A DNA stretch of 36,659 nucleotides from an uncultured Spirochaetales bacterium (GTDB lineage: Bacteria; UBP6; UBA1177; CALOFP01): assembly GCA_964542005.1 (NCBI GenBank), contig CAZISX010000001.1, positions 51,071-87,729 of the forward strand, written 5' to 3'. The notes under the pieces were generated by a model. That model saw nothing but the letters and a program-made list of their open reading frames with translations. It ran no database searches and was not told the DNA's origin. Position 1 is the stretch's first letter. Every line of letters starts with the position of its first letter. Shown here piece after piece: positions 1 to 8,477 of the stretch. A program made the position numbers and the translations under genes.

Positions 1-522
1 CCCAACATTTCGTTTGCAGATGTATTAAAGTGTGTTAAAACATCGGGAGAAATAACTGAAAATGATTGTTTAAGAGGTGATTGGTCAAACAAAACAGATA
101 GTTATCTCGATGAACCGCGTACCCATTCGCCATGCTTTGGTTATGGAATTCTTAATGCTGGCAAACTTGTTCAAAGTGCGGTTGATGGAACTTGCGGCGG
201 TTTGTGCAAAAAAAATGAAGATTGCGTCAAAGGAACAATTTGCAACACAGAAAAAGGGCTTTGCGAATTTTCTGATGAACCTGCTTTAAACGATGATGAT
301 AATGTTGTCTCCTCCGATTCTGACGCTGAAATTGTTACTGATTTAGACAATACAGCTAATGATAGCGATACAGAGGTCACACTTGAAGATAAAGACAGCG
401 GCGTACATTCAGACAATGAAGCTACAAACGATGTCGAAGCAGAGGCTGAAACAGAGCTTGATAGCGATTTGATAAAAAATAATTCATCCGATGAGTCAGG
501 ATGCTCCTGCTCAGTCATATAG
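1..522 (+). CDS. secreted subtilisin-like (S8) peptidase, C-terminal fragment (5' end outside window)
   Basis: Frame 1 is open from the window edge; the track ORF 202..522 is only its tail. '...SPCFGYGILNAGKLVQSAV' resembles the extreme C-terminus of subtilisin-type catalytic domains. It is followed by a 5-Cys module (GTCGGLCKKNEDCVKGTICNTEKGLCEF) and a ~80-aa D/S/E/T/N-rich acidic tail ending GCSCSVI. The family call rests on a short motif only. Confidence 0.5.
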   Translation, partial: PNISFADVLKCVKTSGEITENDCLRGDWSNKTDSYLDEPRTHSPCFGYGILNAGKLVQSAVDGTCGGLCKKNEDCVKGTICNTEKGLCEFSDEPALNDDDNVVSSDSDAEIVTDLDNTANDSDTEVTLEDKDSGVHSDNEATNDVEAEAETELDSDLIKNNSSDESGCSCSVI

Positions 523-553
523 AGACTCTTTCAAATAATTCAGGGAGTTATCT

Positions 554-3517
554 TTGCAATTTCAGGAAATAAGTGAGATTTTTGACAGGCACAAATCTGA
601 TAGAGAAATTTTTCACGATCTTATGCAGGAAAAGGTTCAGGAAATACTTCTTGCTGCAACGCTGTATGATTCTTTTATTCTCGAGCAGGATGGTCAGCTT
701 TCCGAGCAAATTTATGAGGAATATTACCATCTTAATCTATCTTCAGCACCAAGATTTACAAGAGCTTCAACCCCTGAAACAGCTCTTTTAAAACTGTCGT
801 CAAAACATTTTGATATGGTTATTATAATGGCCGGAATTGATGCTGAAGCACCACTTAATCTGGCCGAGAAGATAAAAAAAGATTTCCCCGACATGCCAAT
901 AATCCTTCTTTTAAACAGCAACGCAACTATTGGAAACTTCACACTATTTAACAACAATCAAAAGGATATTGACCGCGTTTTTGTCTGGAACGGTTACTCC
1001 TCAACGCTTCTGGCCATTATAAAGTATATTGAAGACAAAAAAAATGTGGCAAAAGATACTCATATCGGGATGGTTCGCGTTATTTTGCTGATTGAAGACA
1101 GCATTAGATATTATTCGCGCTATCTGCCTGTTTTATATATGGAAATTATGAAACAGACACAGGCTCTGATTGCTGAGGAAACGACAGATGAGATGCTGAA
1201 AATTCTCAGAATGAGGGCAAGACCAAAGATTCTTCTTGCATCTGATTTTGATTCTGCAAAAAAGATTTTTGAGGAGTATGAGAATTTTATTATTGGCGTG
1301 ATTTCTGATGTGAAATATTGTAGAAACGGCGTGATTGACCCGAAAGCAGGTATTGATTTTATAAAATTTGTCAAATCAGTAAACAGCGATATTCCTGCGC
1401 TGCTGCAAAGTTCAGACTTTGAAAATCTGGTAGAAGCCGAAAAAATCGGGATAAACTGCATTAATAAGAATTCCGACAGTCTAGCTCTTGAACTCAGGGC
1501 TTTTATTGGCGAAAATCTAGGATTTGGCAGATTTGTTTTCCGGGATATTAACGCAAATCCTGTTGCAAGTGCCGGAAATATGGAGGAATTTGAGCTTTTA
1601 CTTAAAAATATACCAATAGAAACAATAGTTTATCACGCATCAAGAAATCATTTTTCTGCATGGCTTATGGCTAGAGGAGAGATTCAATTTGCAAAAATTT
1701 TAAGGCCATCCAGGGTTGAGGATTTCAAAACGCATGAAGAGCTGCGGAGCTTTATTATTTCAATTTTTGAAAATCTGAAACACTCAAAACTCCGCGGAAA
1801 AATTGTTAATTTTGATGAATCTCTGATTGGTCGGCAAGGCGTTATCCTTCGAGTCGCAAAAGGTTCTTTTGGCGGCAAAGGACGCGGCCTTACTTTTATA
1901 AACTCCCTTCTTGAACAGACAAATTTAGCCAACGAAATGGATGGAATAAAAGTTAGAATCCCTCAAACAGCAATAATTGGAATTGATGAATTCAATCATT
2001 TTATCGAAACACATAATTTTCAGGATATTATTTATTACGAAGAGGATTTTTCACAGATAGAGAAGCTTTTCATGAATTGTGAGTTATCAGATAACATCAT
2101 GAAAAAGCTTGAGATTTACCTCAGTTGCGTAAAAGTTCCTGTTGCTGTCCGTTCATCAGGGCTTTTTGAAGATATGCTGACGCAGCCATTTGCTGGAATT
2201 TATTCAACCTACCTTTTACCAAACAACAATCAAGATATAAAAATCAGATTAAAAGAGCTGTGCGATGCTATAAAACTGGTTTTTGCATCTATTTTTTCAG
2301 AAAAATCAAAAGCTTACTTTAATGCGGTTAATTACAAAATTGAAGAAGAGCGCATGGCAGTTATTCTTCAGGAAGTTGTCGGCAGAATATCCAGCGATGT
2401 TTTTTATCCAGATATCTCAGGAATTGCACAGAGTTACAACTACTATCCGGTTTCGTATATAAATCCAACAGATGGCATGTGTGTTATGGCGTTGGGGCTC
2501 GGAAGTTTTGTCGCAGAGGGAGAGCAGGCATTCAGATTTTCGCCAACTTATCCGAAACTTGATATTGTTTCACCGGAACATCAGATAGAATCTTCGCAGC
2601 GTTATTTTTACGCGATTGATTTATCACTAAATGGAATAAATCTTGAAAAAGGAGAAGATGCCTGTTACAGAAAGCTTGATATTTCTGATGCGGAAAAACA
2701 TGGCAGACTCGCTGATTTAGCTTCTGTTTTTGATTATCAGGATAGCAGGCTTAAGGCTGGACTTGGCGCAAAAGGAACACGAATTATTAATTTTGCAAAT
2801 ATCCTGAAGTATGAAAAATATCCTCTTGCAAAAGCAATTCAATCAATACTTTCAATCTGTGAACACGCAATGGGAACGCCTGTTGAAATAGAGTTTGCAG
2901 TAAATCTTGAGGAAGATAAATCAGGAAGAATTTCTCTCTATCTTCTTCAGCTCAAGCCTCTTATCCAAAACAGAGATTTATGCACAATTAAAAGAGAAAA
3001 TATTGTCAAAGATGAGCTTCTCCTTTTTACAGAAAAAGGGATGGGAAACGGTTTTATTGAAGATATTTACGATGTTATCTTCACAGACAATGCTATTTTT
3101 GACAAATCGGCGACGCTTGAAATGAGAGATGAAATTGCATATCTGAACAATCTGGCATCAAAAAACGGGAAAAAATATATACTTATCGGCCCCGGCAGAT
3201 GGGGAACAAGAGACAGATGGCTCGGAATTCCCGTGAGTTTTGACCAGATTTCAAACGCAAAAGTTATTGTTGAAACTGCTCTTCCCGATTTCCAGATTGA
3301 CGCATCATTAGGCTCCCATTTTTTTCACAACATAACTTCGATGAATATTGGCTATTTTACGATTCCTTTTAATTCGAGGGAGAGTTTTATAGACTGGAAT
3401 TTCCTCAACAGTCTCAAGGTAAATAAAAAAACCAAATATTTTATTCATGCCTCATCTGAAAAACCGCTGCATGTTGTTATGGATGGACAGAAAGGAATAG
3501 CTTTAATAAGAAAATAA
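554..3517 (+). CDS. receiver-domain protein fused to a PEP/pyruvate-binding (PPDK_N-type ATP-grasp) kinase-like domain
   Basis: TTG start at 554 with GGGAG at 543-547. 'GGKGRGLTF', 'VAVRSSGLFEDMLTQPFAGIYSTYLLPN' and 'VEIEFAV' match the nucleotide-binding ATP-grasp domain of PEP synthase/PPDK enzymes. The N-terminal ~330 aa hold two CheY-like modules. The first lacks the acidic pocket and acceptor Asp ('ILLAAT', 'FDMVIIM'). The second keeps them ('ILLIEDS', 'GVISD', 'LLQSS', 'INKNS'). No phosphohistidine swivel or PEP-utilizer TIM-barrel domain is present. Confidence 0.8.
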   Translation: MQFQEISEIFDRHKSDREIFHDLMQEKVQEILLAATLYDSFILEQDGQLSEQIYEEYYHLNLSSAPRFTRASTPETALLKLSSKHFDMVIIMAGIDAEAPLNLAEKIKKDFPDMPIILLLNSNATIGNFTLFNNNQKDIDRVFVWNGYSSTLLAIIKYIEDKKNVAKDTHIGMVRVILLIEDSIRYYSRYLPVLYMEIMKQTQALIAEETTDEMLKILRMRARPKILLASDFDSAKKIFEEYENFIIGVISDVKYCRNGVIDPKAGIDFIKFVKSVNSDIPALLQSSDFENLVEAEKIGINCINKNSDSLALELRAFIGENLGFGRFVFRDINANPVASAGNMEEFELLLKNIPIETIVYHASRNHFSAWLMARGEIQFAKILRPSRVEDFKTHEELRSFIISIFENLKHSKLRGKIVNFDESLIGRQGVILRVAKGSFGGKGRGLTFINSLLEQTNLANEMDGIKVRIPQTAIIGIDEFNHFIETHNFQDIIYYEEDFSQIEKLFMNCELSDNIMKKLEIYLSCVKVPVAVRSSGLFEDMLTQPFAGIYSTYLLPNNNQDIKIRLKELCDAIKLVFASIFSEKSKAYFNAVNYKIEEERMAVILQEVVGRISSDVFYPDISGIAQSYNYYPVSYINPTDGMCVMALGLGSFVAEGEQAFRFSPTYPKLDIVSPEHQIESSQRYFYAIDLSLNGINLEKGEDACYRKLDISDAEKHGRLADLASVFDYQDSRLKAGLGAKGTRIINFANILKYEKYPLAKAIQSILSICEHAMGTPVEIEFAVNLEEDKSGRISLYLLQLKPLIQNRDLCTIKRENIVKDELLLFTEKGMGNGFIEDIYDVIFTDNAIFDKSATLEMRDEIAYLNNLASKNGKKYILIGPGRWGTRDRWLGIPVSFDQISNAKVIVETALPDFQIDASLGSHFFHNITSMNIGYFTIPFNSRESFIDWNFLNSLKVNKKTKYFIHASSEKPLHVVMDGQKGIALIRK

Positions 3518-3589
3518 CTCAAAAATTATTTTTGCAAAAATCCTTATGTGTTGTATATTTATGAGACTAATATTTATTGAGGTATTTTC

Positions 3590-4807
3590 ATGAAAAACAC
3601 GATTGTTTTTATTGAGGACAATTCTGAAATCCTGGCTGAAATAAGGCATATTTTTCATAATATGGAGTCAGTCTGGAATCTCCATTATTTTGATCACACA
3701 GTTGAGGCATCATCATTTCTTCATCAACATCATGCAGACATACTCTGCATCTCGTACGATTTGACCTCTTCAAACAGTGAGAACTTTATTGGCTCAATAC
3801 AATCTGAATATCCAAATACTGCAAGAATTATCTACTACAATGAATCGTCTGATGTTCCCGAAAAAGATCTAAGAAAATATGCCCATGAAATTATAAAAAG
3901 GCCATTTGGATCAAGAGAATTTCTTTTTGTAATTCAGAAAACACTCAATCTTCACAAGATATTATCAGATGACAACCTAATTCAGACCCTTTCAAAAATA
4001 ACAGAGCTTCCCACTATGCCGGATATATATCTGAAGTTAAAAAATGAACTCGAAAAAGAAGATTGCTACATAAGAAATATTGCTGAAATAATTTCAGAAG
4101 ATGTTGCAATGACTGCTGAACTTCTTAAATTTGTCAACTCAGCCTATTTCAGCCTTCCCACAAAAATCATGGATCCGACAAGAGCAATCTCATATATTGG
4201 AATCGAGGCACTCAAAGCTATTGTGATTCAGGAAAAACTTTTCTCGTATTATGGCGACATACCTAACATGCCGTTTTCTTTCAGCGATTTCAACACGCAC
4301 TCTCAGCTTACCGGACATCTGGCAAAACAGCTCACCTCTTACGAGCGAAAAATGCCAAAAATGATTGAAGAATCCTTTACCGCAGGAATGCTTCACGATA
4401 TAGGAAAGCTTGTTCTTCTTAAATTCCCTGATTTTAACAAACAAAAACTTGAATATATAAAAGAACATAAGTGCTCCGGCGTTGAAGCTGAATACAAAAT
4501 ACTCGGAACTTCCCATGCTGAGATTGGCGCATATCTTCTTGGTCTCTGGAATTTTCCTGATTCCATACTTGAAGCAGTTGCGTTTCACCATTATCCCGAG
4601 AAGACACCGCTCTCCAGCTTCAGCACCCTTACCTCTGTCTATATTGCAAATGGCATGACCTCAAATGCCAAAAACATCAATGATTACGACACATCAACCG
4701 TTGACACTGACTATGTAGGACTTCTTAAAATGAGCTCTCACCAAAGAATTTGGAAAGATATGATGGAAAAACTGCTTCCTCACAAAAAAGATCTGGAAAA
4801 ATTCTGA
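3590..4807 (+). CDS. response-regulator receiver + HDOD domain protein
   Basis: ATG at 3590 with GAGG 7 nt upstream. The N-terminus is CheY-like ('IVFIEDN', 'ISYDL', 'IKRPF'). The rest is a typical HDOD region ('LPTMPDIYLKLKNEL...IAEIISEDVAMTAELLKFVNSAYFSL', 'MLHDIGKLVL', 'HAEIGAYLLGLWNFP'). Confidence 0.85.
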   Translation: MKNTIVFIEDNSEILAEIRHIFHNMESVWNLHYFDHTVEASSFLHQHHADILCISYDLTSSNSENFIGSIQSEYPNTARIIYYNESSDVPEKDLRKYAHEIIKRPFGSREFLFVIQKTLNLHKILSDDNLIQTLSKITELPTMPDIYLKLKNELEKEDCYIRNIAEIISEDVAMTAELLKFVNSAYFSLPTKIMDPTRAISYIGIEALKAIVIQEKLFSYYGDIPNMPFSFSDFNTHSQLTGHLAKQLTSYERKMPKMIEESFTAGMLHDIGKLVLLKFPDFNKQKLEYIKEHKCSGVEAEYKILGTSHAEIGAYLLGLWNFPDSILEAVAFHHYPEKTPLSSFSTLTSVYIANGMTSNAKNINDYDTSTVDTDYVGLLKMSSHQRIWKDMMEKLLPHKKDLEKF

Positions 4808-4836
4808 TTGCGACCCAGCCTGAACAAACCTAAAAA

Positions 4837-5478
4837 TTAGAACAACTCTCCATTTGAAAGTAGAAAATTGATTCTGACAAGTTCGTCATAAGAGGGGGTT
4901 TTTACTGAAAACGGGATTTTTCTTATCCGCGAATCATCTCTTGAAAATGGGAGCTCTGAATCTTCGCTAAAAAGATACTGTTTAAGGGCGACAGGTGTAT
5001 AAACAAAGATTTTGTCAGCGAAATCAGAGACTTGCCATTCATTTATCTTGTCGGCAATTTCATCAAAAAAGTTAAAACTGCTTCTTAATCTTACTCTTGA
5101 GCCTGCTCTTGATTTTCCCTTTGTTTTAAGGTAGGTAAGCTGCGATTTGCCCTGTTTTTTCCGTGTCATGTAGGCTGAAAGAACTTTGTGGTGAGTCATT
5201 TCGCATTTTTCAAAATAGCCGATTGAGCACGAATCTGCACGGAGCAGTATGATGAGATAGTTCGGTTTTATGGAAAGTTTTTCAAGTTCCTCAAAACTGG
5301 AGAAATTTCTATCAAAGTCTGGAAAAACCAGCGGAGGACGGAAAAGAATTTCTTCCTCACTTTTTTTTTCAGGGATTAGCCTGAAAATGTTTTTTTCAGA
5401 ATTGTAGTCTAAAATTCTGTTATTTATAAATGCACTTTTCAGCAGGATGGCACTGTCGCTATAATTAAGATAACTCAC
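4837..5478 (-). CDS. VLRF1-fold protein (Vms1/ANKZF1-like release-factor / putative peptidyl-tRNA hydrolase)
   Basis: GTG start 9 nt after the dgt stop, with no strong RBS, so it is probably translationally coupled. Three blocks are collinear with the Vms1/ANKZF1 VLRF1 domain as I recall it: 'LIILLRADSCSIGYF', 'HHKVLSAYMTRKKQGKSQ' (GxxQ = G110-Q113) and 'GKSRAGSRVRLRSSFNFF' against '..GHFAGA..', 'HKTFHRYTVRKKQGGSQS' and 'SAGSSLRRYNE'. This comes from memory of the family, not from a search. Confidence 0.55.
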   Translation of the reverse strand: MSYLNYSDSAILLKSAFINNRILDYNSEKNIFRLIPEKKSEEEILFRPPLVFPDFDRNFSSFEELEKLSIKPNYLIILLRADSCSIGYFEKCEMTHHKVLSAYMTRKKQGKSQLTYLKTKGKSRAGSRVRLRSSFNFFDEIADKINEWQVSDFADKIFVYTPVALKQYLFSEDSELPFSRDDSRIRKIPFSVKTPSYDELVRINFLLSNGELF

Positions 5479-5487
5479 TGAATTAAT

Positions 5488-6693
5488 TCAAAAACTTATA
5501 AGTTCAGAGTAAGAGTCAAGCGCGTATTGATCTGTCATTCCCGAGATAAAATCAATTACAGCTCTTACAAAATCATTTCTGCAATCTTTTCTGTAAAGTG
5601 GCGTTTCTCCGTTTTTAGATTCAGAATACTCTTTAAACCAGTCGTAAAAATGTTTAGCCAGTTTCGGGTAATGTCTGCCCTGGTTTTTCATCAATGATTT
5701 CAAATCGTTGATATCGCTATAAAAGGAATAGAGAGTATCAAAGAGAGAGTTGATAACAAGTGCGATGTATTTTTTGTAGTTTTCAATTCTTTTGTGGAAG
5801 TATATGTTTTCATAGTTGAATTTTTTGATTTCATCTATAAGTTCGCGGTATTTCTGACTAAGCATTATTCCGATTTCAGGAGAGCTGGTTCTACATAAAT
5901 CCATAACAAAATGGTTAATCAGGAATGAATTTGAAACCCCTTTTTTTGAGATTTTATATTTTTTCAGGATTGAATTCAGCTTTTCAAGCTCATGCACCGA
6001 AAGTATGCCAAGCTTTATCGCATCTTCGATATCTCTACCTAAGTATGCGATTTTATCGGCAATTTTCACGACGCATCCTTCCCAGGTGTAAGGCAAAACC
6101 TGATTTGGCCGGTCAATAGAATGCAAATCAATAAACTCATCTCTTGGCATTGCCCCTTTTTCATCAACCTCGCCACAGTGACAGATTATTCCATCTCTGA
6201 CTGCGTATGTAAGGTTCAGATTTCTTTCATTATTTTCAGGATCAGCCAAAGTTTCAATAAAATCGGCAAATCTAAGGCTGTTGTTTTCATGCCAGAACAT
6301 CCCGCCAGTCTCGTTTTTCAAAATTTTTGAAAGCTCCATCTCTCCGGCATGACCAAAAGGTGCGTGTCCCAAATCGTGTCCTGTCGCAATCGCCATAACA
6401 AGCTCGGTGTTGAGTCCGAAATACTGGGCAATTGAGTAACTTATTGATGAAACATGGGTTACATGCTCGATTCTGGTGCAGATGTGGTCGTTTCTGGTCG
6501 CAAAAAAAACCTGGGTCTTGTGCTTTAATCTGCGATAGGCATTGGAATGAAGTATCCTGTTGTAATCTCTGGAGAATTCTGTTCTCACATCATCCGGCTT
6601 CATAAAAAGCGGCTTTATTCTTGAGATAGAATTTTCCCACTTCGGATTTTTCGGATAACACTGTTCATTTAAAAAAGCAAATCGTTCTGACAT
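5488..6693 (-). CDS. dgt: dGTPase-like HD-domain triphosphohydrolase
   Basis: 'RTEFSRDYNRILHSNAYRRLKHKTQVF', 'NDHICTRIEHVTHV' and 'ATGHDLGHAPFGHAGE' are the canonical Dgt-family motifs. The start ATG overlaps the fhs stop (TGATG). Confidence 0.85.
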   Translation of the reverse strand: MSERFAFLNEQCYPKNPKWENSISRIKPLFMKPDDVRTEFSRDYNRILHSNAYRRLKHKTQVFFATRNDHICTRIEHVTHVSSISYSIAQYFGLNTELVMAIATGHDLGHAPFGHAGEMELSKILKNETGGMFWHENNSLRFADFIETLADPENNERNLNLTYAVRDGIICHCGEVDEKGAMPRDEFIDLHSIDRPNQVLPYTWEGCVVKIADKIAYLGRDIEDAIKLGILSVHELEKLNSILKKYKISKKGVSNSFLINHFVMDLCRTSSPEIGIMLSQKYRELIDEIKKFNYENIYFHKRIENYKKYIALVINSLFDTLYSFYSDINDLKSLMKNQGRHYPKLAKHFYDWFKEYSESKNGETPLYRKDCRNDFVRAVIDFISGMTDQYALDSYSELISF

Positions 6694-8354
6694 CAGAAAA
6701 GTCCTTTAATTTCGCCATGTTCTGAAATATCCATCAAATAAGCTGCAGGCTCTGGCGGAAGCCCTGGCATTGTCATAATATCGCTTGTAAAAACAACAAC
6801 AAAACCAGCACCTGCGTTTACCTTCACATCTCTAATTTCAACTGTAAAACCCTCAGGCCGGCCAATAAGATCTGGGTTATCTGAGAGTGAGGACTGTGTT
6901 TTTGCCATACAAATCGGGAGCTTACCATAACCCCACGATGAAATCAGCTCTATTTTCCGCTCAACAGCTCTAGGTATTACCACCTTTGCGCCGCCATATA
7001 TTTTTGTCACAACTTTCTCAATTTTTTCAGGAATTGAATCTTCGCAGTTGTAGGTAAAATTAACTTCACCTGAATCTTTCTGCACAGCTTCAAAGACTGC
7101 TCCAGCAAGCGAAATCGCGCCATTTCCTCCATCACTCCAAACAGTTACAGGAAAAACTTCTGTGCCGGAAATCGCGCCAAGCTCTACAACTTTTTTGATT
7201 TCTTCATCTGTGTCTGTTGCAAAAGTATTTAACGCAACAAACACCGGACGGCCAAAAGATTTCATGTTTTCAATATGTTTCGCAAGATTTGGGAATCCAA
7301 TTCCAACAGCTTCGACATTACTGCTGGCAAGATTTTTTTTCAAAACACCGCCATGATATTTTAAAGCTCTGACTGTCGCGACTATAACAACAGCGTCTGG
7401 CGGAGTCATTCCCTGCTGACGGGAAACAAGGTTAAAAAATTTCTCGCCCCCCAAATCACTTGCAAAACCAGACTCAATCACAACAATATCAGCCAGTTTT
7501 CTGGCTATTTCTGTGGCTGCGATTGAATTTGTGCCATGCGCAATATTTGCAAACGGGCCGGCATGAATTATTGCCGGATTTCCCTCAATTGTCTGAACAA
7601 GATTAGGCTTTATCGCATCTTTTAAAAGTATTGCGAGCGCGCCTTCTGCCTTGAAATCACTTGCATAAATCGGCTTTCCATCTGAGGATTCTGCAACAAT
7701 AATCCTGCCGAGTCGTTTTTTCAGATCTTCAAGCGAACGGCTAAGAGCCAGGATTGCCATAATTTCGGATGAGGCTGTTATTTCAAATCTACTTTCTCTA
7801 ATCATTCCGGCCTGTTTGCCAAGACCAATCACAATATTTCTGAGTGCTCTGTCATTCATATCAATAACACGATTCCACAAAACATTCCGCGGCAAAAGAC
7901 AAGCCCTGTGCTCGCGGCTATACTCGTTATCAACAAGAGCGGAAAGAAGATTGTGGGCTGCTGTTACTGCATGAATATCGCCTGTGAAGTGAAGATTTAT
8001 TTCAGCCATTGGCAAAACCTGTGAGTAGCCGCCACCTGTTGCTCCGCCCTTAACTCCAAAAACAGGGCCAAGACTCGGCTCACGGAGTGTGACAATTGAT
8101 TTTTTGCCGATTTTGTTGAGGGCTTCACTAAGTCCGATTGAAACTGTTGTCTTTCCCTCGCCAGCGGGAGTCGGCGTCATTGCAGTGATTAAAACCATCT
8201 TTGATTTCAATGGCTTATCTTTAAGCGCATGAGGCTCTATTTTCGCAATATATCTGCCGTACGGCGAAATTTCATCTTTCGAAAGTCCCGCTTTTTCGGC
8301 AATTTCTTCAATCGGCTTTAATTTTGCTTTTGAAGCTATTTCGATATCGTTCAT
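6693..8354 (-). CDS. fhs: formate--tetrahydrofolate ligase
   Basis: Full-length 553 aa with 'TPTPAGEGKTTVSIGL', 'REPSLGPVFGVKGGATGGGYSQV' and 'PGLP' near the C-terminus. This is unmistakable FTHFS. Confidence 0.97.
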   Translation of the reverse strand: MNDIEIASKAKLKPIEEIAEKAGLSKDEISPYGRYIAKIEPHALKDKPLKSKMVLITAMTPTPAGEGKTTVSIGLSEALNKIGKKSIVTLREPSLGPVFGVKGGATGGGYSQVLPMAEINLHFTGDIHAVTAAHNLLSALVDNEYSREHRACLLPRNVLWNRVIDMNDRALRNIVIGLGKQAGMIRESRFEITASSEIMAILALSRSLEDLKKRLGRIIVAESSDGKPIYASDFKAEGALAILLKDAIKPNLVQTIEGNPAIIHAGPFANIAHGTNSIAATEIARKLADIVVIESGFASDLGGEKFFNLVSRQQGMTPPDAVVIVATVRALKYHGGVLKKNLASSNVEAVGIGFPNLAKHIENMKSFGRPVFVALNTFATDTDEEIKKVVELGAISGTEVFPVTVWSDGGNGAISLAGAVFEAVQKDSGEVNFTYNCEDSIPEKIEKVVTKIYGGAKVVIPRAVERKIELISSWGYGKLPICMAKTQSSLSDNPDLIGRPEGFTVEIRDVKVNAGAGFVVVFTSDIMTMPGLPPEPAAYLMDISEHGEIKGLF

Positions 8355-8396
8355 TTTGTCACCCCGATTAAATATGATTCAACTCAAAGCTCTTTT

Positions 8397-8425
8397 ATCA
8401 TGCTGTTAAAACAAAGTTGTGTCAA
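8397..8425 (-). promoter_or_regulatory. candidate sigma70-type promoter for fhs-dgt-VLRF1
   Basis: Minus strand reads TTGACA (8425-8420), a 17-nt spacer, then CATGAT (8402-8397). It lies ~45 nt upstream of the fhs ATG, which has a GGGGTGA RBS. Confidence 0.35.
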
Positions 8426-8477
8426 TTTTTTTGGATTTTGTTGGCAGTATTCCTGGCAATTGAGAAATGTGAACTGC

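Noticed and set aside
5488-6693. The dGTPase-like gene as an anti-phage dNTP-depletion defence gene.
   Set aside because: It overlaps the stop of housekeeping fhs and has no neighbouring defence or mobile genes. Its context fits a housekeeping Dgt.
8442-8458. TGGCAG-tattc-CTGGCA on the plus strand, superficially sigma54-like.
   Set aside because: The GG/GC register fails because the -12 position reads GG, not GC. It also points antisense, between two minus-strand genes.
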